The notes under the pieces: generated by a model
What the model saw: the letters and a program-made list of their open reading frames with translations, nothing else
What the model was told of the DNA's origin: nothing
Database searches by the model: none
Made by a program: the position numbers and the translations under genes
In this document: positions 7,557 through 16,862 of the stretch, one piece after another
How the letters are laid out: every line of letters begins with the position of its first letter
Numbering within the stretch: position 1 is the stretch's first letter
Source of the DNA: Candidatus Giovannonibacteria bacterium RIFCSPLOWO2_12_FULL_43_11c
GTDB taxonomy: Bacteria; Patescibacteriota; Minisyncoccia; JACPKW01; UBA11713
Direction of reading: 5' to 3'
Length of the DNA: 62,849 bases
Assembly (NCBI GenBank): GCA_001780775.1
Contig: MFIO01000001.1
Location: 1 to 62,849, forward strand

Positions 7557-9734
7557 ATGAATTCAAAAAAATTTACGACAGAATTCAGCGGTAAGGAGCT
7601 TACCGTTGAATTTACGGATTTAGCGGAGCAAGCTCACGGATCCGCGATGGTCCGCCTTGGAGATACCGTAGTCTTTGCGACAGCGGTGATGTCGCAGGAG
7701 AAAAGAGAAGGGATAGATTATTTTCCTCTCTCAGTTGATTTTGAAGAAAGATTCTACGCGGCGGGGAAAATTCTCGGCTCGCGCTATGTTCGCAGAGAGG
7801 GCAGGCCATCGGAGGAAGCGGTTTTAGTTTCGCGCTTAATCGATCGCGGCCTGCGCCCTCTTTTCAACCACAAAATCAGAAACGAGGTGCATGTCGTAGC
7901 ACTCTGTTTGTCAGTTGATCAGGAAAATGAACCGGACATTCCCGCGATCTTGGCCGCATCTTTAGCGCTTGGAACTTCTTCGATTCCGTGGGACGGGCCA
8001 ATCGGAGTTACGCGCGTCGGAAAAATCGACGGAAAACTTGTTTTAAACCCAATTCGACCTGAACTCGAAAAATCCGATCTGGATATGGTTGTCTGCGGCA
8101 AAGATGGAAAAATAAATATGGTGGAGGCGGGAGCGAGAGAAGTTCCGGAAGAAGAAATGCTTGAGGCTCTGGCATTCGCGCAAAAAGAGATAAATAAAAT
8201 AGAAGAATTCCAGAAAAAAATTATAAAGGAGGTTGGAAAAGAGAAGATAATGCCCGAATTGAAAGACGAGCCAAAAAAAATTTCAGAGATTTTTGAAAAA
8301 GATTTTCGCGAAAAACTGGAGAAAGCAATTTACGTAAAAGATAAAAAAGAGAGAAATTCAAACCTCTTTAAGTTAAAGGGGGGCTGGGATAAAGCGATTG
8401 AAGAGAGCGTGGGCGCGGATTACTCCAGCGTTTCGGACGGCTTTTACGAGGAAAAAATCGACGAAATTGTGCATAAAAATATCCTTGAGAAAAATTTGAG
8501 GCCGGACGGACGTGGGCTTAAAGAGCTTCGTAAACTTTGGGCTGGAATCGGAATAGTTCCGAGAACTCACGGCTCTGGACTATTCTACCGCGGAGAGACG
8601 CATGTTTTGTCGCTCGTAACTCTGGGCGGCCCGGGAGATACTCTTCTTATCGAGGGGATGAGTATTTCAACAAAAAAAAGATTTATACATCATTATAATT
8701 TCCCTCCATTTGCTCCCGGCGAGACGGGGAGGATGGGTGGCCCGGGAAGGCGCGAGATCGGGCACGGAGCGCTTGCAGAGCGAGCGCTTCTTCCGGTAAT
8801 CCCCGAGGTTAGCGAATTTCCTTACGTAATCCGACTCGTATCCGAAGTTATGTCTTCAAACGGATCAACTTCCATGGCATCAACTTGCGCATCAGTTTTG
8901 GCTATGATGGACGCCGGAGTTCCGATAAAACGTCCTGTTGCGGGAATCGCTATGGGACTTATTCTTTCCGCGGACGGAAAAAAATTCAAAGTCTTGACGG
9001 ATATTCAAGGGCCAGAGGATCACTACGGCGACATGGATTTCAAATCCGCAGGGACTCAAAAGGGTGTTACAGCGGTTCAGATGGATGTCAAAATTTCTGG
9101 AGTCACAGCGGAAATGCTCAAGGAAACGCTTTTTGACGCGAGAGACGCGAGAATGAAAATTATGGCAGTTATGGCAGGTGCGATAGAGAAACCAAGAACC
9201 GAGCTCTCCAAATTCGCTCCAAGAATACTTACAGTCAAAATAAATCCGGACAGAATACGCGACTTGATCGGCCCAGGCGGCAAAATGATAAATTCCATAA
9301 TCGACGAAACCGGAGCTACGGTTGATGTCGAACAGGACGGGACTGTGTTCATAACAGGCTCGGCCGAGGGAAGCGAGAAAGCTCTCGCTAAAGTTAAAGA
9401 AGTTACGCATGAGTTTGAAGTCGGGGAAACTCTCGAGGGAACAGTTTCGCGCATTTTTGATTTCGGCGCAATGGTGGAAATCGCTCCAAAACAGGAAGGC
9501 TTGGTTCATATATCGGAGCTTGCCACATTCAGAGTGGAGAGAGTCACGGACGTGGTAGACGTCGGCGATAAAGTACCGGTCAAAATAAAAAGTATTGATG
9601 AACTCGGAAGAATTAACCTCTCAATTAAAGACGTGGGGGAATTAAAACCCAAAGTTCGGGAGGCGGGGTGGTCGCCTAAAGAAGACCATTCGCACAATCA
9701 AAGAGGGGAAAGAGGAAGTCGTTTCAGAAGATAA
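7557..9734 (+). CDS. pnp: Polyribonucleotide nucleotidyltransferase (PNPase)
   Basis: 725 aa with two RNase PH domains (NGSTSMASTCASVLAMMDAGVPI), a KH domain and an S1 domain (GTVSRIFDFGAMVEI). Confidence 0.95.
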   Translation: MNSKKFTTEFSGKELTVEFTDLAEQAHGSAMVRLGDTVVFATAVMSQEKREGIDYFPLSVDFEERFYAAGKILGSRYVRREGRPSEEAVLVSRLIDRGLRPLFNHKIRNEVHVVALCLSVDQENEPDIPAILAASLALGTSSIPWDGPIGVTRVGKIDGKLVLNPIRPELEKSDLDMVVCGKDGKINMVEAGAREVPEEEMLEALAFAQKEINKIEEFQKKIIKEVGKEKIMPELKDEPKKISEIFEKDFREKLEKAIYVKDKKERNSNLFKLKGGWDKAIEESVGADYSSVSDGFYEEKIDEIVHKNILEKNLRPDGRGLKELRKLWAGIGIVPRTHGSGLFYRGETHVLSLVTLGGPGDTLLIEGMSISTKKRFIHHYNFPPFAPGETGRMGGPGRREIGHGALAERALLPVIPEVSEFPYVIRLVSEVMSSNGSTSMASTCASVLAMMDAGVPIKRPVAGIAMGLILSADGKKFKVLTDIQGPEDHYGDMDFKSAGTQKGVTAVQMDVKISGVTAEMLKETLFDARDARMKIMAVMAGAIEKPRTELSKFAPRILTVKINPDRIRDLIGPGGKMINSIIDETGATVDVEQDGTVFITGSAEGSEKALAKVKEVTHEFEVGETLEGTVSRIFDFGAMVEIAPKQEGLVHISELATFRVERVTDVVDVGDKVPVKIKSIDELGRINLSIKDVGELKPKVREAGWSPKEDHSHNQRGERGSRFRR

Positions 9735-9738
9735 TTTT

Positions 9739-10407
9739 ATGAAAATATTTCTGGGAATTTTATTTTTAATTTTTATAACTTGGGGCGGATGGTATGTTTA
9801 TAAAAATTTTCTTTTTCCAGAACCTTCGAAACCCGTTGATGAAGATGTTCCAAAAAAACTCATAAACGCCCAAGAAAGAATAATCAGGCTCGAATCAAAT
9901 TCCGAAATATCAAAAGATATAAACGATATAAAAAAATTGCCAAATGATAGCTTCGAGGTCATTTTTTTTTCCGCTGATAATGAGGGGGCGAGGCACTTTC
10001 TCACACCGATGGAATTTTTTTTGGCTGGGGAAATGCATCCGCCGCAAGTATTATTATCATCCGTCATTAATTATAACTTCGGCTTAGTTGGCGGGGAAAC
10101 AAAAAATTATCCATTTTTGATATTGGATATCGAGTCCGCCGAAGAAGCCAGAGCGGGGATTACGGAATGGGAAAAAAACATGCCGAAAGAATTATCCGGA
10201 ATTTTCGCTGATCTGGAAAATATGAAGACTGAAGGAAAAGATTCCTTTCATGATCAAGTCATAAAGAACCAAACCGCTCGGATTTTCGAATCCAGTGGAA
10301 ATAAAATTGTCTACACTTTTTATAATCAAAGGCTTTTAATAATCGCGCCATCCGTGGAAGCTTTCAGCGCGATAATATCCAGATACGCCGTATTCCCGCC
10401 CAACTAG
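9739..10407 (+). CDS. Hypothetical N-terminally anchored protein
   Basis: 222 aa with a single N-terminal TM. It starts 5 nt after pnp. No family recognised. Confidence 0.6.
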   Translation: MKIFLGILFLIFITWGGWYVYKNFLFPEPSKPVDEDVPKKLINAQERIIRLESNSEISKDINDIKKLPNDSFEVIFFSADNEGARHFLTPMEFFLAGEMHPPQVLLSSVINYNFGLVGGETKNYPFLILDIESAEEARAGITEWEKNMPKELSGIFADLENMKTEGKDSFHDQVIKNQTARIFESSGNKIVYTFYNQRLLIIAPSVEAFSAIISRYAVFPPN

Positions 10408-10439
10408 GGGTTGCTTTCTGCCAGAGATTTTCATAACAT

Positions 10440-10808
10440 ATGCCAATGGTTTGGGATAAATATAAAGCGTCTTTGCTCGAAGAAAAATCCAAATTAGAAA
10501 AGGAGCTTTCTTTGATTGCTCGGAAAAATCCGGAACATCCCGGCGAATGGGAAGTAAAAGCGCCGGACATGAACCCCATGGTCTCTGACCAATCGGAATT
10601 GGCAGACATGTTCGAGGAATTGGAAATACAGACGGGGCTCGAGGTGCAACTCGAAGAAAGATTAAAGCATGTAACCGGTGCCTTAAAAAGAATTGAAGAA
10701 AATAGCTACGGAAAATGCTCGGTATGCGGAAAAAATATTGAGGAAAAAAGGCTCGACGCGAACCCGTTCGCTGAAACTTGCATCAAACACATGGAAGCAT
10801 ATATATGA
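10440..10808 (+). CDS. DksA/TraR-family C4 zinc-finger protein
   Basis: 122 aa. A coiled N-terminal part is followed by CSVCGKNI...ETCIKH. An ATGA overlap links it to the next gene. Confidence 0.75.
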   Translation: MPMVWDKYKASLLEEKSKLEKELSLIARKNPEHPGEWEVKAPDMNPMVSDQSELADMFEELEIQTGLEVQLEERLKHVTGALKRIEENSYGKCSVCGKNIEEKRLDANPFAETCIKHMEAYI

Positions 10809-12334
10809 GCGCTACTAAGACACATTCGGCTGAAATTTTAGGCCTAGGAGGAGAAATTATTGATGTTGAAGTTGATCTCTCCCCAGGCCTTTTTCATTTC
10901 TCCATTGTAGGACTTCCCGACAAAGCCGTGGAGGAAGCCAAAGAAAGAGTTTCCTCGGCGATAAAAAATACCGGTTTGCGCCATCCTCAAAAAAAGAACC
11001 AGAGGGTTGTGGTATCGCTCGCTCCAGCGGACCTGAAAAAAGAAGGTCCGCTTTTTGATCTAGCGATAGCTATTGGTTATCTCATGGCATCGAAACAGAT
11101 CGAGTTTGATTCTTCTAAAAAACTATTCTTGGGGGAACTCGCCCTAGACGGATCTTTGCGGAAAATTAAAGGGGCGCTTTCGCTTGTGATGGCGGCGAAG
11201 GAAGCCGGGTTTGAAGAAATAATTTTGCCGAAAGAAAACGCACCAGAGGCAAGTCTAGTAGATGGAATTTGCACATATGGAATGAGAAACCTGTCTCAAG
11301 TTCTGAAATATCTAAGAGGAGAAGAGAAAATCGAACCCCATGCTAAAATCGAGATAGAAAATGAAAATTTGTACTCGCTCGACTTCGGAGAAATTAAAGG
11401 ACAGGAGACGGCAAAGCGTGGGTTAGCGCTAGCCGCGGCTGGGGCGCATCACGTGCTGATGGTCGGGCCTCCGGGAACAGGCAAAACCATGCTTGCCCGC
11501 GCTCTTCCTTCCATTCTTCCACCAATGAGTTTTGAAGAAATTTTGGAAGTTACTAAAATTCATTCTGTTTCCGGAAATCTGAAAAAGCCTTATGTATCAG
11601 AGCGTCCGTTCAGAAATCCTCACCATACCGCATCATATGTCGCGCTCGTCGGCGGGGGACAAACCCCAAGACCCGGCGAAATCACTCTCGCACATCGAGG
11701 CGTTTTGTTTTTGGATGAGTTTCCGGAATTCGAAAGAAGAGTTTTGGAAGCGCTACGACAGCCGTTAGAGGACGGCGAGATAACAGTGTCGCGGGCAAAA
11801 GGAACGATAACTTTCCCTGCAAGATCTCTTACGGTATTCGCGATGAACCCGTGCCCTTGTGGGAATTATGGATCGGATAAAAAGCCTTGCCTCTGCACCA
11901 CGCAGACTTTGTACCGTTATCAAAGAAAGGTTTCTGGACCAATCGCGGACAGAATCGATATCTGGCTTGAGGTGCCGCATTTTGAACATGAAAAAATGAG
12001 CCTTAAATCCAAGCAGGAAAGCGATGCTCTGCGAAAACAGGTTATTCAAGCGAGAGAAATCCAAAATAAAAGATTCGTAAAACGCGACATTTCTTTGAAT
12101 TCACATATGCGTCCAAAAGATCTCGAAGAATTTGCGCCATTGTCTTCCGAGACGCAAGAAATAATGCATACGGCAGCGAAAAAACTGGACCTATCCGCCC
12201 GCGCCTACCACCGCGTCATCAAGCTCGCCCGCACTATCGCGGATTTCGAAGGCGCGCGTGACATCAAAAAAGAACATATTTTAGAAGCCATCCAATACCG
12301 CCCCCGCAAAAACTTTTTCGTCTACGAAACGTAA
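10805..12334 (+). CDS. comM: YifB/ComM-family Mg-chelatase-like ATPase
   Basis: It has a Lon-protease-like N-terminal domain, Walker A GPPGTGKT, Walker B VLFLDEFPEF and a C-terminal ...AYHRVIKLARTIAD... block. The start was moved to the ATG at 10805. Confidence 0.9.
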   Translation: MSATKTHSAEILGLGGEIIDVEVDLSPGLFHFSIVGLPDKAVEEAKERVSSAIKNTGLRHPQKKNQRVVVSLAPADLKKEGPLFDLAIAIGYLMASKQIEFDSSKKLFLGELALDGSLRKIKGALSLVMAAKEAGFEEIILPKENAPEASLVDGICTYGMRNLSQVLKYLRGEEKIEPHAKIEIENENLYSLDFGEIKGQETAKRGLALAAAGAHHVLMVGPPGTGKTMLARALPSILPPMSFEEILEVTKIHSVSGNLKKPYVSERPFRNPHHTASYVALVGGGQTPRPGEITLAHRGVLFLDEFPEFERRVLEALRQPLEDGEITVSRAKGTITFPARSLTVFAMNPCPCGNYGSDKKPCLCTTQTLYRYQRKVSGPIADRIDIWLEVPHFEHEKMSLKSKQESDALRKQVIQAREIQNKRFVKRDISLNSHMRPKDLEEFAPLSSETQEIMHTAAKKLDLSARAYHRVIKLARTIADFEGARDIKKEHILEAIQYRPRKNFFVYET

Positions 12335-12349
12335 GAAAGAAAATTGTGA

Positions 12350-13366
12350 TTAAAACGGATTTCTGGCACCGCGGACTTCGAAATGCACATGGCAGCCGGT
12401 GGAAAGGCCGGTTGAGCCGATATACCCGATGACTTGCCCTTGGACAATATGGAATCCTGGGGCCGTTATTATCAAACTCATATGCGCATAGAGAGTCTGC
12501 GTGCCGTTGGGGTGGGAAATCGCGACATACTGTCCGTAACCGCTGTTCCATCCTTGTGATTTGGATATAATTACGTCTCCATCTGCTGCGGCCATTATCG
12601 GAGTCCCGCAAGAATTAGCTAGATCAACCCCATTATATCCATGTATTCCCTGCGATCTGACTCCGCCAGCTATCGGCCTAATATAATATCCCGCATACAA
12701 AGGTCCTGAAACCCTAGCCGCTCTTGAAGGCGAGGTATTCGAAGTCGTCTTAGCAAGTTCGGATGCTTCGCCGTTAGGAATTATCAATGTTGAGCCTGCT
12801 TCCAGAGAAGAAGTTGAGCTTAATCCATTAAAACTTAAAATCTCTTCCAAATCTCCTCCAAATTTTTTAGCAATGCTCTTGACTGTATCTCCTTTCTTAA
12901 CCGCGTATTGAATGCCGGTTATCGGCAAAATAACTAATATCTGTCCCGGACTTATAACGCTCCTGTTATTCAATTCATTCGCCCAACGGATGGTGTTGGC
13001 GGAAACCCCGAATACCTTCGCAATATCCGATATTGTGTCTCCATCCCGCACAACATAAAGGCTTATTTTATCAGATTTATATTCAACAACATCCGCAATT
13101 GTCCCCAGTGGACCAGTTATGGAAAGGAGGGCTGAATCTTGGACAATATTTATGCTCCCGCCTCCTATTCCATCCAGAAGATTTAAACTAAGAGGCGCTA
13201 CAAGTATCGGAATTGTCTGAGACGTCCCTATACTGGACGCGGATTCATTGGTTTTGCCCAAAATTTTCTCAAAAAAATCAAAAAACTTCGCGTCCACCTG
13301 ACTAAAGCTTACTAAAAAGGAAATTAAAAAAGAAGCAAGAATTATCTTTTCTTTCTTTTCTGCCAA
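12350..13366 (-). CDS. LysM-domain M23 family peptidoglycan metallopeptidase
   Basis: Signal/TM region, two LysM repeats (YVVRDGDTISDIAKVFGV; YAVKKGDTVKSIAKKFG) and an M23 core (GYGQYVAISHPNG...YAHMS...HVHFEVR). Confidence 0.85.
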   Translation of the reverse strand: MAEKKEKIILASFLISFLVSFSQVDAKFFDFFEKILGKTNESASSIGTSQTIPILVAPLSLNLLDGIGGGSINIVQDSALLSITGPLGTIADVVEYKSDKISLYVVRDGDTISDIAKVFGVSANTIRWANELNNRSVISPGQILVILPITGIQYAVKKGDTVKSIAKKFGGDLEEILSFNGLSSTSSLEAGSTLIIPNGEASELAKTTSNTSPSRAARVSGPLYAGYYIRPIAGGVRSQGIHGYNGVDLANSCGTPIMAAADGDVIISKSQGWNSGYGQYVAISHPNGTQTLYAHMSLIITAPGFHIVQGQVIGYIGSTGLSTGCHVHFEVRGARNPF

Positions 13367-13630
13367 AGAGAAAAAAACGCGCTTGGCTTTGATTAAAATA
13401 TTGTTTTGGTTTGAAGTCTAATTAAAAGATAGCAACCACGACCATCAATTTAGAATAAAAAATCTGAAGCTATCTTGTTAATATTTTACAATTTAAAAGA
13501 GAGCGGGTCAATGATTTTTCCCAGATTTTATCCCCAGCAAAAATAAGAAATATTTTAGAAAAAAATGTCAAAAACCCTTATTTTATAAGTAAAAATTGGA
13601 GAACTCTTTCTTGCATGTTATCTTGAATTG

Positions 13631-15559
13631 ATGTCTAAAAAATATGACACTTTTACCCCTAATCAATCGCAGAAGGAAGCAATATTGACACAATCCGGAC
13701 CGGTATTGATAGTTGCCGGGGCCGGATCAGGTAAAACGATGGTTTTGACTCATCGCATCTCACATCTAATTGAATGGGGAGTCAAGTCCGATTCAATTTT
13801 GGCAATAACTTTCACAAATAAGGCCGCGGACGAGATGAAAAACCGCGTTTTTTCCCTGCTTCGAGAAAAACAGGGCTTTTCGTCTCCGTGGATCGGCACA
13901 TTCCACAGTTTTTGCGTATTTATATTGAGAAGCTCCGGAGGAGCTATCGGGATCAATAAAAACTTCTCCATTTTGGATGAGGAAGACAGTCTTTCCGTGA
14001 TTAAAGAAATTATGAAAGAATTCTCCCTTGATCCTAAGAAATTCGAACCAAGAAAAATCCGAAATATAATATCGAGAAGAAAAAATGAGATGCAGAACCC
14101 GAAGTCCGACTTCGGAGAGCCCTTGAAGTCGGACTTCGGGAGAATGCTATTCGAAATTTGGAGAAAATACGAGGAGAGGCTCCTGAAAATGAAAGCTTTG
14201 GATTTTGACGATCTATTGCTGAAAACGGTCGTACTTTTCACCAAGCATCCGGACATTCTCCGTGATTGGCAGGAAAAATTTAAATATGTCCATGTTGACG
14301 AATATCAGGATACGAATTTAGTCCAGTATCACTTGGTTAAATTGCTCGCGGAAAAATATCGAAACATATGCGTCGTCGGAGATATAGATCAGGCGATATA
14401 TTCCTGGCGCGGGGCGGATTTCAGGAATATTCTACATTTTGAGCGCGACTGGCCAGACGCGAAAATAATCACACTTGAAGAAAATTATCGTTCGACAAAA
14501 CTTATTTTGGACGCGGCAAATGCTATAATCGTAAAAAATAAAGCACGATTACCAAAAAATCTTTACTCGAAAAAAATGTCCGGGCCAAAAATTACGCTTT
14601 TCGAAGGCGCAAACGAGGAGGAGGAAGCGAAGTTGATATCAGAAATGTCGAGAGAGATGATCCGCGGAGGAATAAATCCTAGGGACATCGCGGTTTTATA
14701 CCGAACAAATTTTCAATCGAGGATTATCGAAGAAAAAATGCTTGCTGAAAACATTTCTTATCAGGTCATCGGGGTAAAATTTTACGAGCGCAAAGAAATT
14801 AAAGACACGCTCGCGTATTTAAAAGTGTCGTTGAATAGAGAAGATATGCTGTCGCTCAAAAGAATCATCAACTTTCCGCCGAGAGGAATTGGGAAAGTTC
14901 TTTTGGCAAAAATTCTTGGCGGCCTGCCTGCGCAGGCAGACGCAGAGTTAAACTTAAAAGAGAATGCGAAGAAAGACGAACTTTTTAGACTTTTGGATGA
15001 AATAAAGGAAAATCTGGAAACAGAGAAAGCAAATGAAGCGATAAAACTCGTGATAAAAAAATCTGGCCTTGAGAATTATTTCGACGATGGAACCGAAGAA
15101 GGAGAAATTAGACTTTCCAATATTCGAGAGCTTGTCACGCTTGCTAAAAGGTATGATATTTTTAATCCACCTGAAGGAATATTGAAACTTTTGGAAGACG
15201 CCGCGCTTATGTCCGACCAGGACACTATAAAAAAAGAAGAAAATTCCGTTAAGCTTATGACGGTGCATGCGGCAAAAGGACTTGAATTTAAAGTGGTTTT
15301 TGTCGCCGGGCTTGAGGAGGGGCTTTTTCCTCACGCGGGCTTGGACGCCGCCCGCCTCGATGACGAATCGAGGCAGGAAGAAGAACGCCGGCTTTTTTAT
15401 GTCGCACTCACGCGGGCGAAGGAAAAAATTTTTCTCTCATACGCTATTTTTAGGACGATATTCGGCGAGAGAAGAATAAATATGCCGTCGAAATTTATTT
15501 CAGATATCCCTGAGGACCTGCTCGAACACGGGGATGAAGCCGTTATAATATTGGAATAA
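13631..15559 (+). CDS. UvrD/PcrA-family ATP-dependent DNA helicase
   Basis: Motifs AGAGSGKT, VDEYQDTN, TVHAAKGLEF and YVALTRAK. The start was set to the ATG at 13631. It carries a palindromic element and a 16-nt GC palindrome in frame. Confidence 0.9.
   Translation: MSKKYDTFTPNQSQKEAILTQSGPVLIVAGAGSGKTMVLTHRISHLIEWGVKSDSILAITFTNKAADEMKNRVFSLLREKQGFSSPWIGTFHSFCVFILRSSGGAIGINKNFSILDEEDSLSVIKEIMKEFSLDPKKFEPRKIRNIISRRKNEMQNPKSDFGEPLKSDFGRMLFEIWRKYEERLLKMKALDFDDLLLKTVVLFTKHPDILRDWQEKFKYVHVDEYQDTNLVQYHLVKLLAEKYRNICVVGDIDQAIYSWRGADFRNILHFERDWPDAKIITLEENYRSTKLILDAANAIIVKNKARLPKNLYSKKMSGPKITLFEGANEEEEAKLISEMSREMIRGGINPRDIAVLYRTNFQSRIIEEKMLAENISYQVIGVKFYERKEIKDTLAYLKVSLNREDMLSLKRIINFPPRGIGKVLLAKILGGLPAQADAELNLKENAKKDELFRLLDEIKENLETEKANEAIKLVIKKSGLENYFDDGTEEGEIRLSNIRELVTLAKRYDIFNPPEGILKLLEDAALMSDQDTIKKEENSVKLMTVHAAKGLEFKVVFVAGLEEGLFPHAGLDAARLDDESRQEEERRLFYVALTRAKEKIFLSYAIFRTIFGERRINMPSKFISDIPEDLLEHGDEAVIILE
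14101..14137. repeat. GAAGTYCGACTTC palindromic element copy (in the uvrD-like gene)
   Basis: cccGAAGTCCGACTTC-ggagagccctt-GAAGTCGGACTTCggg, giving a potential 16-bp stem. It is translated as PKSDFGEPLKSDFG. Confidence 0.9.
14924..14939. repeat. 16-nt perfect GC-rich palindrome CTGCCTGCGCAGGCAG in the helicase gene
   Basis: Read directly from the sequence. It is translated as ...LPAQADA... Confidence 0.6.
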
Positions 15560-15572
15560 GAAATTAAGAATT

Positions 15573-16355
15573 ATGATAAAAAAATATCTGGGACAAAATT
15601 TTCTCAAAAATAAAAAAATCTTGGACGAAATTGTCCGCATTGGCGAAGTTTCAAAAGAGGATACCGTTTTGGAAGTCGGCCCCGGGCACGGAGAATTAAC
15701 TGAACTCTTGGCAAAGATGGCTAAGAAGGTTATTGCAGTTGAGAAAGATAAAGATTTAATTCCTCTTCTCCGAGAAAAATTTTCCTCAAACAAGAGAGTG
15801 AAAATAATTCATGAAGATATTCTTGAATTTGAAAATTTAAAATTACAAATTACAAATTACAAAATCGTCGCAAATATTCCCTACTACATCACTTCGCGCT
15901 TTTTACGCACCTATTTGTCCGATACTCGGTGTCGGCCATTGATGATCGTCCTTACGGTCCAATACGAGGTCGCAAAAAGAATTTCGGCGAAGCCTCCGGA
16001 TATGAACCTCCTTGCTTTGTCAGCACAGGCATATGGAAAAGTTGAATTCGTCCGAAAAGTCTCTCGGGGAAATTTCAGCCCGGCCCCGAAAGTTGATTCC
16101 GCGATAATAAAAATTTCAGAAATATCGGATAAATTTTTCAGAAAAAATAGGGTCAAGGAAAAGAAGTTTTTTGAAATTCTGCGCCAAGCTTTCCAGCAAA
16201 AGCGCAAAATGCTCCGTCATTCTTTATCCCCGAAGTTCGACTTCAAGGAACTCCGAAGTCGAACTTCGGAAAACTTCGGAACAAAACGGCCGGAGGAACT
16301 TTCGCTCGAAGATTGGGTAAAACTTTCGGAATCTATTGAGATCCGACCTCGATAG
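15573..16355 (+). CDS. rsmA: 16S rRNA (adenine1518/1519-N6)-dimethyltransferase
   Basis: Motifs LGQNFL, VLEVGPGHGELT and ANIPYYITS. It carries a 7-bp microsatellite and a palindromic element in frame. Confidence 0.9.
   Translation: MIKKYLGQNFLKNKKILDEIVRIGEVSKEDTVLEVGPGHGELTELLAKMAKKVIAVEKDKDLIPLLREKFSSNKRVKIIHEDILEFENLKLQITNYKIVANIPYYITSRFLRTYLSDTRCRPLMIVLTVQYEVAKRISAKPPDMNLLALSAQAYGKVEFVRKVSRGNFSPAPKVDSAIIKISEISDKFFRKNRVKEKKFFEILRQAFQQKRKMLRHSLSPKFDFKELRSRTSENFGTKRPEELSLEDWVKLSESIEIRPR
15840..15863 (+). repeat. (AAATTAC)x3 heptanucleotide microsatellite inside rsmA
   Basis: aaattac aaattac aaattac aaa. The 21 nt of the three units keep the frame and are read as ...LQITNYK... Confidence 0.8.
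16232..16267. repeat. GAAGTYCGACTTC palindromic element copy (in rsmA)
   Basis: GAAGTTCGACTTC-aaggaactcc-GAAGTCGAACTTC, read as PKFDFKELRSRTSE near the C-terminus. Confidence 0.9.
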
Positions 16356-16380
16356 ACATAGACACCTCGATAGACAATCG

Positions 16381-16827
16381 CTACTTAATCGGAGATTGGC
16401 TGCAAAATCCGGTATTATTCCAAGCGCTGCCGTCAAAGGGATTTTTGAAGGCGAGAGTGCTCATAATCGTATTTATTATCACCCAAGCCCCGAAGGCGAT
16501 TACGAATCCGATTACCGCGGATACTAGAATACTTCTACCTTTAGTAATTTTCTCCTCGGAGCCTCCCGAAGTCAGCCAGAAAAATCCAGCGGCAAGAAGG
16601 GCTACGACCAAAAGCGGAGTCGCGATGCCCCAAAGCAGAAGATCTATTATATTATGCGCGAGAGTATATAGGTCGCAGACTTGGCAAGGGTGATCTGCTG
16701 GAGCTTTTGTACTTCCGCATGGCACGAGTTGCGTGGGGACGCCGACATGCGCAGAGACAAGGGCTGGTGCGAAGAAAAAGAAAAGCACCAGAAACACCCA
16801 TAAAATTGGCAATAAAGTCTTATCCAT
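16381..16827 (-). CDS. TrbC/VirB2-like 'T4SS pilin' family protein (paralogue 2)
   Basis: 148 aa with a signal peptide ending ...LVSAHV and a Cys cluster (PCG...HPCQVC). Two hydrophobic helices are separated by the loop TSGGSEEKITKGR. Confidence 0.65.
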   Translation of the reverse strand: MDKTLLPILWVFLVLFFFFAPALVSAHVGVPTQLVPCGSTKAPADHPCQVCDLYTLAHNIIDLLLWGIATPLLVVALLAAGFFWLTSGGSEEKITKGRSILVSAVIGFVIAFGAWVIINTIMSTLAFKNPFDGSAWNNTGFCSQSPIK

Positions 16828-16862
16828 AATTATATTGTAATCTATAAAAAAATATCAAGAAA

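Noticed and set aside
8892-9509. 205-aa and 125-aa minus-strand ORFs inside pnp
   Set aside because: They are antisense shadows of the unambiguous PNPase frame.
12372-12382. Isolated half-site-like strings (CGGACTTCGAA here; also about 11384-11394 in comM, 39010-39022 in yebC and 20172-20181)
   Set aside because: These are single arms only, with no partner half-site. They encode native conserved residues, e.g. the HFEVR of the M23 motif. They are not counted as element copies.
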